Shown one piece after another: positions 9,733-20,169 of a DNA stretch of 64,000 nucleotides. The position numbers were made by a program, and so were the translations under genes. The notes beneath the pieces are model-generated. The model ran no database searches. It saw only the letters and a list, made by a program, of their open reading frames with translations, and was not told where the DNA came from. How positions within the stretch are numbered: the first letter of the stretch is position 1; each line of letters begins with the position of its first letter. The stretch lies in contig JBLFWU010000003.1 in NCBI GenBank assembly GCA_047610985.1, positions 1 to 64,000 on the forward strand. Direction: 5' to 3'. The DNA is from Nitrospinales bacterium. Lineage in GTDB: Bacteria > Nitrospinota > Nitrospinia > Nitrospinales > VA-1.

Positions 9733-10176
9733 CTACAACAAGTTCATGTTCTTGTTTTTGCCCCCCCTTTCCCAAAGAGGATCGGGGTGATTTACATCTA
9801 TTCTTTTTTCAATAAAAGCTTCGAGCTTTTCCATAACGCCTTCGATATTTTTATTCACCTCGGGATTAGTGAAGCGTAATACCGTAAATCCTTTCGACTT
9901 CAAAAAAGCTGTTCTCTTTTTATCGGATACTTTCTCCTGGGTTTCACCGTGGCTGTCCCCATCAATCTCTATCACCAGGCTCAACTGGTGGCAGTAGAAA
10001 TTAACAATATAGGGTTCAATGGGTTTTTATCGGTTGAATGTCAGTGATTTATAAAATGACATTCTTCTTAAGGCATTCCAGAATATTTTTTCAGCAGGGG
10101 TGGGGTTGTTTCGAAGGGTTCTTGCCTTTTCTTTAATGGATACATCATAAGATAATGAGTTACCTTTTGATTTCAT
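9733..10176 (-). pseudogene. DUF559 (endonuclease-domain, Vsr-like fold) gene interrupted by an in-frame TAA
   Basis: A single reading frame encodes MKSKGNSLSYDVSIKEKARTLRNNPTPAEKIFWNALRRMSFYKSLTFNR-*-KPIEPYIVNFYCHQLSLVIEIDGDSHG…. The stop lies at plus-strand 10027-10029, where family members usually have Gln (CAA to TAA). Both halves otherwise match the DUF559 consensus. Confidence 0.7.
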
Positions 10177-10262
10177 GATGAAAAATTTAATATTTTAAAG
10201 GAAAATCACCCCAGCCCTCTTTAAAAAAGAGGGAGTCCATATAAAAAGACTAAACCAACTGT

Positions 10263-10646
10263 TCACTTATTCTTATATAAATCCCCAACGCGAAAACCAT
10301 CACGGTCTTCCTTATCAATACTCATCTGGCGAGTATCTTCTTCATCGAGTTTGCCTAACGCTTCGGAAACTTCTATCTGATAGTTTTTAACTTTCTGATA
10401 CAGGGGATGTTTGATATCTAACTTCAGATTGGTGAGAGCAGCGGTGAATTCGCCGGTGCCATCGGGAGTCAGTTTACATACCAGCTCACCGGAATTATCA
10501 TCGCGGTAAATATCCGTTACTTCCAATGGCGTTTTATTTTTGACATGAAATCCCATTTCACGCAACAGTGTCAACACCGCTCCGCGTCCATAAACACGAA
10601 GTGGCAAACATTTTAACAATTCATCCATCAAAGATTGCGCACTCAA
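10263..10646 (-). CDS. Hypothetical protein (127 aa)
   Basis: ORF with a plausible start. No recognisable motif. Confidence 0.4.
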   Translation of the reverse strand: MSAQSLMDELLKCLPLRVYGRGAVLTLLREMGFHVKNKTPLEVTDIYRDDNSGELVCKLTPDGTGEFTAALTNLKLDIKHPLYQKVKNYQIEVSEALGKLDEEDTRQMSIDKEDRDGFRVGDLYKNK

Positions 10647-10907
10647 CTCAATATATCCTCAAAGGGGTAAAGAGAGTAATTATAGACAATGTGTAAAAAT
10701 AACTCCAAACAAACCGTCATTTTCATTGAAAAATCGCTTTATTATTTCACGCAACCATAATTGCTTAAAGCTCTTCATCGAATTAACCGAAAATAAAATA
10801 GGGTCTAAATAAGGCAATCGGTCTATTTGAAACAGATTCACCCCCAGAAGAGCAAAAAATTGTTTAAAACCTTACCTCAACTTAATCCGTCAAAATTTTG
10901 TAATACC

Positions 10908-10936
10908 TTGACAAAGGCCAATAAATTCATTAAGTT
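10908..10936 (+). promoter_or_regulatory. Candidate sigma70 promoter for the Gsp cluster
   Basis: TTGACA (10908-10913), 17-nt spacer, TAAGTT (10931-10936), located about 27 nt upstream of the first gene's GTG start. Confidence 0.4.
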
Positions 10937-10962
10937 AGAGAGAGTGAACTTGAGGGTAACCT

Positions 10963-11739
10963 GTGCCCGTGAATAAATATTTTCCTGCGATCAATCTGTT
11001 TTTTGTCCTCACCATCGCTGTCCTTGCTACATTGTCGGTCAAAATCTGGACACACCCCACTTATCCATCCAGAGTAGATGGAGCATCTGTGGTGGGATCG
11101 CCAAAAACCCTGAAGAACTTGGCCGTTAGCCGAGTTGGATACAATGCTGGAACGGTATCTCAGGTAGTTAAAGGAAATATTTTTCGCAAGCAAAGAAGAG
11201 AATATATTCCCCCTCCTGCTGTTTTAGCCCGATCCGTTGTAGCGCCTGTTGCCAGAAAACCTGCTTTACCACCACCGACCCTGATTTTGAAAGGGGTTCT
11301 GATGCTAGGCGGCACAAAAATTGCTATCCTTGAGGGTAAATACTGGGTTTTTCAAGGAAACCAGAAGACACAAAAGAAAGTTAAGAAAAAGGGCTATTCC
11401 TTGGGACAGATTGTAGGAGATTTTGAGTTGATCGAAATAGATAAAAACAGTGTCACCCTCGATGATAAAAAAGGGCGTGTGGTTCAGTTACGTTTGGCTA
11501 AACGTTCTCCCGAAAAGATCATTCATAGAGAGGGAACTACTTTTTTCCAAAAAAACAAAAAGTATGACCCGAGAAGATTCAAAGCCACTCCTGTTAAGAA
11601 TCGCCCTACAAGAACCACTACATCAAAAAGAAAAACCAAGCCCACTGCAAGTGCACCTGCCCCGGCTCCAGCCCCTGTGTTCAGGATCTCAGGAGCAAGA
11701 ACACCTGCGCCTGCAGCCGTTCATATTTCAGGAAGATAA
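10963..11739 (+). CDS. GspC/PilP-like secretin-interacting protein (N-terminal TM anchor, Pro-rich linker, HR/PilP-like beta domain)
   Basis: GTG start. TM helix (LFFVLTIAVLATLSV). Segment LILKGVLMLGGTKIAILEGKYWVFQGNQ…GQIVGDFELIEIDKNSVTL…GRVVQLRL follows the PilP/GspC-HR pattern. No PDZ domain. Position is immediately upstream of gspE. Confidence 0.5.
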   Translation: MPVNKYFPAINLFFVLTIAVLATLSVKIWTHPTYPSRVDGASVVGSPKTLKNLAVSRVGYNAGTVSQVVKGNIFRKQRREYIPPPAVLARSVVAPVARKPALPPPTLILKGVLMLGGTKIAILEGKYWVFQGNQKTQKKVKKKGYSLGQIVGDFELIEIDKNSVTLDDKKGRVVQLRLAKRSPEKIIHREGTTFFQKNKKYDPRRFKATPVKNRPTRTTTSKRKTKPTASAPAPAPAPVFRISGARTPAPAAVHISGR

Positions 11740-11745
11740 ATTATC

Positions 11746-13455
11746 ATGTTGAAAAAAGTTGACCCAGTTGAGCGAATTTTACTTCGCCACAAAAAGATTT
11801 CGGAAAAGGTTTTGCAGGAAGTCAAATCCAACAACCTGCATTCCCATAATTTTCTAGGGAAAACTTTAGTTGACCATGGTTATATCCATACCCAAACGTT
11901 ACTGGAAACCCTAAGCGCCGAATTACGCTTACCGTATGTCAAAAAAGGTCAATTCCCAAAATCCGGTTTACCTGTCGAGGGCCTGTCAATATCCGATACT
12001 TTTTTAAGGGAAAAAGTTATCCTCCCATTACAACTCAAGGATGACACCTTGATCGTTGCAGTTTTCGACCCATTCGACCAATACACTATTGAAGATTTAA
12101 AAGTTTCTCTTGGGAAAAACATCCGCGTTGTCTTGAGTAGCGAGCAGGATATTTTGGAATCCATCGAAGCTCACTACGGTGAAGGAGGCAGTTCGGCCAT
12201 GGACCGCATGGTGGGCGACATCAATGATGATGATCTACATGGTTTAGATTCCCTTGATGAGAGCACGGAACATATTCGCGACATGGCTTCTGAGGCTCCG
12301 GTCATCAAACTGGTGAACCACATTATCAGCGAAGCTATTGAGTCACGTGCCAGTGATATCCATTTGGAACCTTTTGATGATGAGCTTGTTTTAAGGTACC
12401 GGATTGATGGAATTCTTCACGAGTTCGACCCGCCTCCCAAACGCCTGAGTGCTGCCATCACTACGCGCATAAAAATTATGGCGAAGATGGATATTTCTGA
12501 GCGTCGACTGCCCCAAGATGGCAGAATTAAACTAAAAATTCTGGGCAAAGATATCGATATGCGTGTTTCCACACTGCCGACTTTATATGGTGAAAGTGTG
12601 GTCATGAGAATACTCGACCGCGGAAGTCTGGTGCTGGACCTGAGTAAAATGGGGTTCCCCGAAAAAATACTCGAACAACTCGAAGAATTGATTCACAAAC
12701 CCTATGGCAAAGTACTGGTAACCGGCCCCACAGGTAGCGGAAAAACTACCACGCTGTATGCAGCCCTGAGCCAGATCAACACGCCCGAAAAAAAAATCAT
12801 CACCATAGAAGACCCCGTGGAATATCAAATGCGTGGGATCAACCAGATCCATGTAAAATCTAAGATCGGTCTCGACTTCGCTGGCGGATTACGATCCATA
12901 GTAAGGCAGGATCCAGATGTGATTATGGTCGGTGAGATTCGTGATCCCGAAACGGCTGACATTTCGATTCAGGCTGCTTTAACAGGACATCTGGTTTTTA
13001 GTACCGTTCACACCAATGATGCGGCAGGTGCCATCACGAGACTCCTCGACATGGGAATCGAAAATTTCCTAATTTCTTCGGCACTATTAGGTGTGCTCGC
13101 TCAAAGGTTGGTGCGCGTCATCTGTCCAGACTGCAAAGAAGAATCTTCATTAACCCCAATCCTTCGCACTGAAATGGGGCAAATAGGAAAAGAAGATATC
13201 AAAGTTTATCGCGGTAAAGGCTGTAAATCCTGCAGCAACACAGGATTTCGGGGAAGATGTGGAATTTATGAACTGCTGGTCGTTGATGATAATATTCGCG
13301 AGCTCGTATTAAAGAAATCAACCGCTCAGGCTATTTGTGATCAAGCGCGACAAACTGGCATGAGAACCTTACGAGAAGATGGTTGGGACAAAGTGATAGA
13401 AGGTATCACCACCGTTGAAGAAATTCTTCGCGTCACTTTGAGCGACCGGAACTAG
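11746..13455 (+). CDS. gspE: Type II secretion ATPase GspE
   Basis: GspE N-terminal domain. Walker A GPTGSGKTT. Asp and His boxes. Tetracysteine motif CPDC…CKSC. 569 aa. Confidence 0.92.
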   Translation: MLKKVDPVERILLRHKKISEKVLQEVKSNNLHSHNFLGKTLVDHGYIHTQTLLETLSAELRLPYVKKGQFPKSGLPVEGLSISDTFLREKVILPLQLKDDTLIVAVFDPFDQYTIEDLKVSLGKNIRVVLSSEQDILESIEAHYGEGGSSAMDRMVGDINDDDLHGLDSLDESTEHIRDMASEAPVIKLVNHIISEAIESRASDIHLEPFDDELVLRYRIDGILHEFDPPPKRLSAAITTRIKIMAKMDISERRLPQDGRIKLKILGKDIDMRVSTLPTLYGESVVMRILDRGSLVLDLSKMGFPEKILEQLEELIHKPYGKVLVTGPTGSGKTTTLYAALSQINTPEKKIITIEDPVEYQMRGINQIHVKSKIGLDFAGGLRSIVRQDPDVIMVGEIRDPETADISIQAALTGHLVFSTVHTNDAAGAITRLLDMGIENFLISSALLGVLAQRLVRVICPDCKEESSLTPILRTEMGQIGKEDIKVYRGKGCKSCSNTGFRGRCGIYELLVVDDNIRELVLKKSTAQAICDQARQTGMRTLREDGWDKVIEGITTVEEILRVTLSDRN

Positions 13456-13511
13456 ACGGAAAAATATCAGAGAACAAACGCAAAACCTAAAAAACCCGAC
13501 AAAGGCAAACC

Positions 13512-14738
13512 ATGACGGTTTACTCCTATAAAGCCACGGACAAGAATGGCGAATATGTAGAGGGCGATATCAGCGCGTCTGACTACAAAGGTGCGATACA
13601 ACAAATCCGCAAGCTGAATTATTTCCCGGTGAAAGTTTCTGAGGGTAAAGGTTTATCCAAACTTTCTTCTGGAATAGCTTTGTCAATGCCGAGTTGGGGT
13701 TCTCCTATCCCAGTAAAAGACCTCATGACCCTCACCCAGCAACTCGCGACACTGGTTGATTCTGGTTTGACACTGGATGATGGACTCGCCACCTTAATCA
13801 AACTTTCAGAGACAGAAAAAATACGCTCCGTACTTGCTGATGTCCGAAAGCAGGTGCATGCAGGCAGTTCTTTTGCCGATGCCTTGGCAGAACACCCGAA
13901 TGTTTTTTCCAAGCTGTACATCAATATGATCCGCGCAGGCGAAGCTGGAGGAATCTTGGGGGAGTCACTTGCAAGACTTGCCCTGTTCATGGAAAAGTCT
14001 GTCGAGTTGAAAAACAGTATTCGATCAGCGATGGTTTATCCCGCCATTCTGAGTTTGGTCGGTGGTACTGCGGTAATTATCCTCATCACTTTTGTGATAC
14101 CCCAATTTTCAAAGTTATTTGAAGAAATGGGTGCCGCTCTTCCTCTACCAACCCAAATCATGCTGGGATTGAGTTCTCTAATCATAAATTACTGGCCAGC
14201 ATTGATTTTGGGGATTGCGGGATTCGTTGCCGCATTTACCTTTTACATAAGGACAAATAATGGCCGGCTCAAATGGGATGGAATGCTTTTAAAACTTCCG
14301 CTTTTCGGCCCATTGATCCAAAAGATAGAGGTCTCCCGATTCAGCTTAACACTGGCAACCTTATTAAAAAGTGGCGTTCCCATCTTGCAAGCAATGGGAA
14401 TCGTGCAGTCTATTTTAATAAACCGGGTTGTTTCAGACTCCATAATAGTTATCCAGCAGGCCTTAAAAAAAGGCAACGGGCTTTCGGGTCCACTCCAAAA
14501 GGCGGGAGTTTTCCCTCCAATGGCGGTTCACATGATCACCGTTGGCGAAACTTCAGGATCCTTAGATGAAATGCTGACAAAAGTTTCTAACACTTACGAT
14601 AAAGAAGTAGAACAATCTATCAAGCAGGTGATTTCCTTGATCGAGCCAATGATGATCTTATTAATGGCTGTAATCATCGGCTTCATTGTTGTCTCCATGC
14701 TTCTGGCAATTTTCAGCGCCAACGATATCGCTTTTTAA
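13512..14738 (+). CDS. gspF: Type II secretion inner-membrane platform protein GspF
   Basis: 408 aa. Duplicated GspF/PilC domains. Three TM segments. Confidence 0.92.
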   Translation: MTVYSYKATDKNGEYVEGDISASDYKGAIQQIRKLNYFPVKVSEGKGLSKLSSGIALSMPSWGSPIPVKDLMTLTQQLATLVDSGLTLDDGLATLIKLSETEKIRSVLADVRKQVHAGSSFADALAEHPNVFSKLYINMIRAGEAGGILGESLARLALFMEKSVELKNSIRSAMVYPAILSLVGGTAVIILITFVIPQFSKLFEEMGAALPLPTQIMLGLSSLIINYWPALILGIAGFVAAFTFYIRTNNGRLKWDGMLLKLPLFGPLIQKIEVSRFSLTLATLLKSGVPILQAMGIVQSILINRVVSDSIIVIQQALKKGNGLSGPLQKAGVFPPMAVHMITVGETSGSLDEMLTKVSNTYDKEVEQSIKQVISLIEPMMILLMAVIIGFIVVSMLLAIFSANDIAF

Positions 14739-14760
14739 ACAAACTCTACGAAGGAAAATT

Positions 14761-15177
14761 ATGAAGGACAATTTGAAAAGATTTCATCACCTGGGACCAC
14801 AAGGTTTCACCCTAATTGAGCTCATGGTCGTTATGGTAATTATAGGACTGCTGGCAGCTACCGTGGTGCCCAAGTTCTTCGGACAAGTTGATAAGGCAAT
14901 GCAACAAGACGCGCAAGCGCAAATCGAACTTTTGGGGCAAGCCCTCGACCTATACCGTTTAGAAAAACATAAATACCCCACCAGCGATGAAGGGTTGGAA
15001 GCTATCAAATCCTATTTAAAAAAACATGTCCCGAAAGATCCCTGGGGCAATGCCTATATATATGAGTCCCCCGGCAAAGAAGGTCGTGGATACGATTTAA
15101 TTTCCCTGGGTGGAGATAATGCGGAAGGAGGAGAAGGAACTGACATAGATATTGTCAGTTGGAAAAATTTTGAATAA
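14761..15177 (+). CDS. gspG: Major pseudopilin GspG
   Basis: RBS aaggaaaa then ATG. Class III leader (…GPQG/FTLIELMVVMVIIGLLAA). Conserved GspG C-terminus (…KDPWGNAYIY…). Confidence 0.9.
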   Translation: MKDNLKRFHHLGPQGFTLIELMVVMVIIGLLAATVVPKFFGQVDKAMQQDAQAQIELLGQALDLYRLEKHKYPTSDEGLEAIKSYLKKHVPKDPWGNAYIYESPGKEGRGYDLISLGGDNAEGGEGTDIDIVSWKNFE

Positions 15178-15664
15178 ACAACGCGCCTTAGGTAAAGACG
15201 GTTTCACTTTATTAGAATTGATACTTGTTCTTTTCCTGATGGGACTGATGGCAGGAATTGTTTTACCGTTTGTGGTTTCAACTCTTGACCGCGTTAAACT
15301 GCAATCGGAAGCCCGACAAATTTCCTCTGCGTTGCAGTTTGCACGTAGCGAGGCCATCACAAAAAAAACTTTATTCACCTTCAATGCCAATATCGATAAA
15401 AATCAATACTGGCTCGCTATCCCAAAAGAAAAAGAAGTCACACAAACAAAAATTCTTGATGAAACAGTACGAATCAAGAACTATCAGGGAGCAGAGGAAA
15501 CCGTATCTGAGGGAACATTTATTATAAATTTTTATCCGCGCGGTAATTCGAGTGCCGGAACCATCCACCTGCAATCATCCATCGCCGAAAGCGATGCACT
15601 TGTTTATGCAATCACCATCGATCCCATTACAGGAAAACCCAGAATCAAGCTCCTTGAAGAATGA
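15152..15664 (+). CDS. Minor pseudopilin GspH-like
   Basis: Prepilin motif KDG/FTLLELILVLFLMGLMAG. The start may be the TTG at 15170, which would give a short leader. Overlaps the gspG stop. Confidence 0.7.
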   Translation: MSVGKILNKQRALGKDGFTLLELILVLFLMGLMAGIVLPFVVSTLDRVKLQSEARQISSALQFARSEAITKKTLFTFNANIDKNQYWLAIPKEKEVTQTKILDETVRIKNYQGAEETVSEGTFIINFYPRGNSSAGTIHLQSSIAESDALVYAITIDPITGKPRIKLLEE

Positions 15665-16232
15665 ACAGGGGTTCTCTCTCCTCGAAGTCGTTGTTGCTCT
15701 GATGATAATGGCTGGGGGATTCCTCGCTGTTCTCAACCTTTTTTCAGGAAGTGTGCGTTCTGTCGGTTTTTCAGGCCAATACCTCAAGGCTGTCACCCTG
15801 GCAAATTCAAAAATGAATGAACTGGAAATTCAAAACTTTATCGTAGAGGACAGTTCTGGGAATTTCAAAAACGAAGAAAATTATCACTGGGAAGTTAACA
15901 TCTCTCCCTACGATTCTGACTTGAACAACGAGAAATCGAGGATTCAATTACAGAAAATTTTATTGAAAGTTTTATGGAACGATGACGGACATACTCGCAA
16001 CATTGAACTAGCAACACTGCGCCTGGAAGGCCAAACCTACCCAGCAGCCGACACACGATTGGAACGGTTATTTTCAGGAGGAGCAGGCAGAACTAATACC
16101 GAGGGAGAAGAAGAGACAGCAGCTCCCGAAACTTCTACACCAAGCACAGGAACAGGAACAGGCGTAAATATCAGTGGTTCCGGTCAAACCAATATCAGCG
16201 GATCGGGGACGCAGAATATTTGCGGAAATTAA
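15654..16232 (+). CDS. Minor pseudopilin GspI-like with low-complexity G/S/T-rich tail
   Basis: TTG start. Prepilin motif EQG/FSLLEVVVALMIMAGG. C-terminal TGTGTGVNISGSGQTNISGSG repeat-like tail. Confidence 0.6.
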   Translation: MKNEQGFSLLEVVVALMIMAGGFLAVLNLFSGSVRSVGFSGQYLKAVTLANSKMNELEIQNFIVEDSSGNFKNEENYHWEVNISPYDSDLNNEKSRIQLQKILLKVLWNDDGHTRNIELATLRLEGQTYPAADTRLERLFSGGAGRTNTEGEEETAAPETSTPSTGTGTGVNISGSGQTNISGSGTQNICGN

Positions 16233-17101
16233 TGAGTCCAATAATAAATCGCATTTCAAAAAATCAATCTGGATTCACCCTGCTTGAGCTGATCTTGTCT
16301 CTAGCTATTGTTGGGATTATTATTGCACTGGGACTCGGCGGTATCCGCCTGGGGATTAGCGCACGCGATGTTGGGGAAAGGAAGGTCGACACCTATCAGC
16401 GTCTACGCATCATCACAGAACAACTCACGCAAAAACTACAATCTACTTATCCTGTTTTTGTTATTCAAAAAGACGGTAGCTCAATCGCACAAAGCCTGTC
16501 TTCTTCTAAAAGAATTATGGCATTTGAGGGAGAATCGAATTCTTTAAGGTTTGTTACTTTTGCATCACCCATAACAACGCAAGAATCCCGGATCCACGAA
16601 GTAAAATTTTATTTAGGCAAACACCCTGAAACTGAAAAATCGGGTCTTATTCTAATGGAGAAGGATATCTCGAAAGGTGATGTTTTCTCTCGGATAATCC
16701 CCAATGCCGAAACCACACGTTATTATTTACTCGCTGAAAATGTTACCGAATTGAAATTCAGATACTATGAAATGAAAAAACTTCCGCCCCAAGAACTGGA
16801 GGATTCTAGCAACAGCCCGACCCACAAAGGAAAATGGGTAAACAGAGTTGTTATGGACCCGTTTCTTATCAATCAAGAAGTGCCAACAAACCCTATTCTT
16901 GCTTTCGAAAAAAATAATAAAATTTCCTTACCGCGAGCAGTTGAAATAACTCTTGGTATTACCCCTAAGGTGAATGAAGAAAACAAGGATACCCAAGAAG
17001 AACCTGAATTGTTTTTTCCGCCACCAATTGTAGTTTTGATCAACTCTGGAATGGAAATTGCAGTTCCTGAGAAGAAGGAAGAAGACAATGAGAAAGCTTA
17101 A
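16232..17101 (+). CDS. Minor pseudopilin GspJ-like
   Basis: TAATG overlap with the previous gene. Prepilin motif QSG/FTLLELILSLAIVGIIIA. Confidence 0.6.
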   Translation: MSPIINRISKNQSGFTLLELILSLAIVGIIIALGLGGIRLGISARDVGERKVDTYQRLRIITEQLTQKLQSTYPVFVIQKDGSSIAQSLSSSKRIMAFEGESNSLRFVTFASPITTQESRIHEVKFYLGKHPETEKSGLILMEKDISKGDVFSRIIPNAETTRYYLLAENVTELKFRYYEMKKLPPQELEDSSNSPTHKGKWVNRVVMDPFLINQEVPTNPILAFEKNNKISLPRAVEITLGITPKVNEENKDTQEEPELFFPPPIVVLINSGMEIAVPEKKEEDNEKA

Positions 17102-18119
17102 AGACAATCAGAGAGGTATTGCCCTTATGGCTGTTCTATGGGTTCTGGTCTTATTAATAGCTTTAGCTACCGAATTTGCTTTTTCAATGAAAATGGAGGT
17201 CAACACTACCCGAAACTACAAAGAAGACACAGAAAGCTATTATTTATCCAGAGCAGGCCTCAATCTGGCTCTGGCAGAGCTTTTTAAAGAAGCCAAATTC
17301 CACTCTATACATGAGGAACATGGTTGGATTACCGGAAATATTATTCCAACTTCTGCCACAAACGAATCCACTCCTTCCCCTGGGCAGGAAAATTCGAATG
17401 CAGAGCAGACCTCTGGTCAAGAGGAATTAGAGAAGGGAGAAGCGGTTCAAGATTTTGACATCGTCAACAGAACCGACATTGAACTGGAAAATGGAAGCAT
17501 CACATATACTATTCGAGATGAAAATGGGAAAATTTCCATTAATTCTGCGAGTAAAAATACTTTGGACAAGCTTCTTCAGTATTCAGGGGTTGAAGACAAA
17601 ATCGAAAGAAGCACCATTTCAGATTCTATACTGGACTGGATTGACACCGATAAAAATCATCGACTCAATGGGGCCGAAGATGATTATTACCGGACACAAA
17701 ATCCACCCTATTACGCAAAAAATGGCCCAATAGAAACAATCGATGAACTTTTGAAGATACGCGGCATCACTGAAGAGATTCTTTATGGCCCTAAGGAAAA
17801 TAATGACGAAAATAAAAAAACAGGGATTGCGGACCATCTCACAGTTTATAAAATTTCCACAGTGAATCCCAATACGGCGAGCAAAGAAGTGTTAAATATT
17901 TTATTCCAATCGGAGCAGGCAAATAAAATTTTGGAGAATAGAAATACTAAAGGTTTCCACTCGAACACGCTATCGAACTTTTTCCACATTACTTCTATAG
18001 GAAAAATAACCGGCAGTCGTACAGAGCATACCGTGAAAACAATATTAGAAAAGAGAATCTCAGGTGGCAAAACACAAATGATAATTCATTACTGGAATGA
18101 CAACGTACTGAACTTATGA
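17088..18119 (+). CDS. gspK: Minor pseudopilin GspK
   Basis: Leader MRKLKDNQRG/IALMAVLWVLVLLIALATEFA, typical of GspK. About 344 aa. Tandem helix-hairpin-helix-like regions. Confidence 0.7.
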   Translation: MRKLKDNQRGIALMAVLWVLVLLIALATEFAFSMKMEVNTTRNYKEDTESYYLSRAGLNLALAELFKEAKFHSIHEEHGWITGNIIPTSATNESTPSPGQENSNAEQTSGQEELEKGEAVQDFDIVNRTDIELENGSITYTIRDENGKISINSASKNTLDKLLQYSGVEDKIERSTISDSILDWIDTDKNHRLNGAEDDYYRTQNPPYYAKNGPIETIDELLKIRGITEEILYGPKENNDENKKTGIADHLTVYKISTVNPNTASKEVLNILFQSEQANKILENRNTKGFHSNTLSNFFHITSIGKITGSRTEHTVKTILEKRISGGKTQMIIHYWNDNVLNL

Positions 18120-19594
18120 AATCTGTCTTTTTAGAAAAATCTTTAGGAATGGATATCCGTGAGGACTCCATCAACCTCACCCTTATAGGGAGAAAGCTGC
18201 GCCTTGCTGAAGTGCTCGCTGGTGAATTCATAGACTTGAAACTGCTGACAGGAAAGGACGAAAAAGCAGAGAAGCATTTCCTGGATCAGGTCAATCGGTT
18301 TCTGGTCGAACAAAACACTTGGCCCGAGTCAGTCATAGTCAGTCTGCCAAGAAGTTTCGTTATGTTTAAAACATTTGAACTCCCGGCACCAGACATGAAA
18401 GCTGTTCAAGCAATGGTAGAGTTTGAGTTGGAACGGCAATTTTCATCGGGCTTAGATGAATTGTACTATACCTACCAACTCAATCAAAAATCTGGGAATA
18501 TTTTCCACATCGCCTCTGCGGCAATTAAAAAAGAAACCGCCAACTATTACCTCGAGCTCATCAAAAAGTTAAACTTAAAAACTACCGTTCTCGACATCTC
18601 AACTTTCGCCAACAGCAATCTTGCTCTGCTACAAGAATCTAAGGATTCTGCTGTAACTGCATTGATCGACATCAGCCCACGCGCCCTGGAAATCGTTCTT
18701 ATTAAAAAAGGTGTTTTAGAGTTCTCTAGAAATAGAACATGGGATAATACAGACATAAAGGACACATACTCAGGGAAAGACAAATCCCCTAGCCAGCTCG
18801 ATAGCCTTTCCGAGTCCACCACCAAATTAATAATCAGCGAATTGGAGCAAGCACTTTCTTCATGCCGAAATATTGAAGAAAATGAATCAATTGAGCATAT
18901 TTTTATTTCGGGTGGCGGCACATTGGCACCCCGAGTCATCAAACAACTGGAAAAAGAAACGCAGGTATCGACACAATGTTTAAGCATTCCCGATTCAGTT
19001 TCCCCTACCCTGCCCGAGTCTTTTTCAACTTATCATATGATGACGGCTTTGAGTCTGGCCATAAGAGATTCCAGAAAGCAAAGTTTTGAAACCAATTTAC
19101 TACCCCCGAGCCTGCGGCCAAAAAGAAGAAAAGCAAACCCAAAAACGTCTCTAGTTCTGGCAGCTGTCTTGGTACTTTGCCTTGTAGGATGGATCGGTAG
19201 CCAAATACACCATAACAACAAAACCCTGGCATCTTTAAACGGTCAATTAGATGAGATAAAGGGCGAAGTTTCTAACTTGGAAAAGATTGATCTAGAATAT
19301 ATTTCAATCCAGCAGTATGTAGATATCCTCAACGCAATCAATAAACAGCACCCACCCAAGCTTCCGCTCTTGGGAAGGTTGAGCCTGTCACTCCCCAAAG
19401 ACACGTGGTTGACAAATATAAAATTCCACAAGGGTGAAATGGAAATAAAAGGCTTTTCGCCTTCGGCTTCAAAGCTGATTCCTCTCATCGAAAAATCACC
19501 TAGTTTTAAGAAAACAGGTTTTATCGGCACAATAATAAGAGAATCTACAGGTGAGAAGTTTACGATTCGTGCGAAATTGGAATCTAATTCATGA
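18116..19594 (+). CDS. GspL-like assembly protein (PilM-like cytoplasmic actin-fold domain, TM segment, PilN/GspL-like periplasmic domain)
   Basis: N-terminus LGMDIREDSINLTLIG resembles the PilM/GspL cyto-domain. Single TM (LVLAAVLVLCLVGWIG) around residue 345, followed by a periplasmic coiled-coil region. Confidence 0.6.
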   Translation: MKSVFLEKSLGMDIREDSINLTLIGRKLRLAEVLAGEFIDLKLLTGKDEKAEKHFLDQVNRFLVEQNTWPESVIVSLPRSFVMFKTFELPAPDMKAVQAMVEFELERQFSSGLDELYYTYQLNQKSGNIFHIASAAIKKETANYYLELIKKLNLKTTVLDISTFANSNLALLQESKDSAVTALIDISPRALEIVLIKKGVLEFSRNRTWDNTDIKDTYSGKDKSPSQLDSLSESTTKLIISELEQALSSCRNIEENESIEHIFISGGGTLAPRVIKQLEKETQVSTQCLSIPDSVSPTLPESFSTYHMMTALSLAIRDSRKQSFETNLLPPSLRPKRRKANPKTSLVLAAVLVLCLVGWIGSQIHHNNKTLASLNGQLDEIKGEVSNLEKIDLEYISIQQYVDILNAINKQHPPKLPLLGRLSLSLPKDTWLTNIKFHKGEMEIKGFSPSASKLIPLIEKSPSFKKTGFIGTIIRESTGEKFTIRAKLESNS

Positions 19595-20169
19595 CCTTAA
19601 ACATTGGAAAAAGAGATAAGACTTTTCTTATTGGTGGTGGAGCTTTTGTAGCCTGCTATCTACTTTTCTTTTTAGTGGCGGAACCCATTTATAAAAAACA
19701 GATAAGCATTGACGAAAAGATAAAGGACAAAATAAACTTCATTGAAAAATACTATGAAGTCCTGAATCAGACTTCCTACTATCAGGCAAAGGACACAGCA
19801 AATAAGAATACTAAAACAACTCTGCAAAAACGCTTTTTCAGCGATAAAGAACCGGGGCTTGCCGCAGCAGGATTGCAAAAATTATTACAAGGATTCTCAA
19901 GAGGTGCTGTAACCATTGAAAAAACCCGAGTTGAAAAACCAAAATATGTCGCAAGAATACTCGCGGTTCCTGTTGAAATCACAGTTCGTTCCAGCCTGAA
20001 GAATCTCGCTCTATTTTTAATGCGGATTGAAAACCATGAAAAATTTTTAGTCATTGAAGAACTTCGATCACGAAGAATAAACAAAAAGGAACCAGAAGAC
20101 CTTCAAACACGCCTATTGATCACAGGCTTTATAAAGGAACTGGAACCAAAAAGCGGAAAACCAATATGA
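19591..20169 (+). CDS. GspM/PilO-like bitopic membrane protein
   Basis: N-terminal TM (FLIGGGAFVACYLLFFLV) followed by a periplasmic domain. Position between the L-like gene and the secretin gene. Confidence 0.5.
   Translation: MTLNIGKRDKTFLIGGGAFVACYLLFFLVAEPIYKKQISIDEKIKDKINFIEKYYEVLNQTSYYQAKDTANKNTKTTLQKRFFSDKEPGLAAAGLQKLLQGFSRGAVTIEKTRVEKPKYVARILAVPVEITVRSSLKNLALFLMRIENHEKFLVIEELRSRRINKKEPEDLQTRLLITGFIKELEPKSGKPI

Noticed and set aside
9733-10176. Stop-codon reassignment or programmed readthrough, suggested by two in-frame TAA codons (DUF559 and AMMECR1)
   Set aside because: TAA, TAG and TGA all serve as ordinary terminators of well-conserved genes in the window, for example gspG TAA and gspE TAG. 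Pseudogenisation or sequencing error is more parsimonious.
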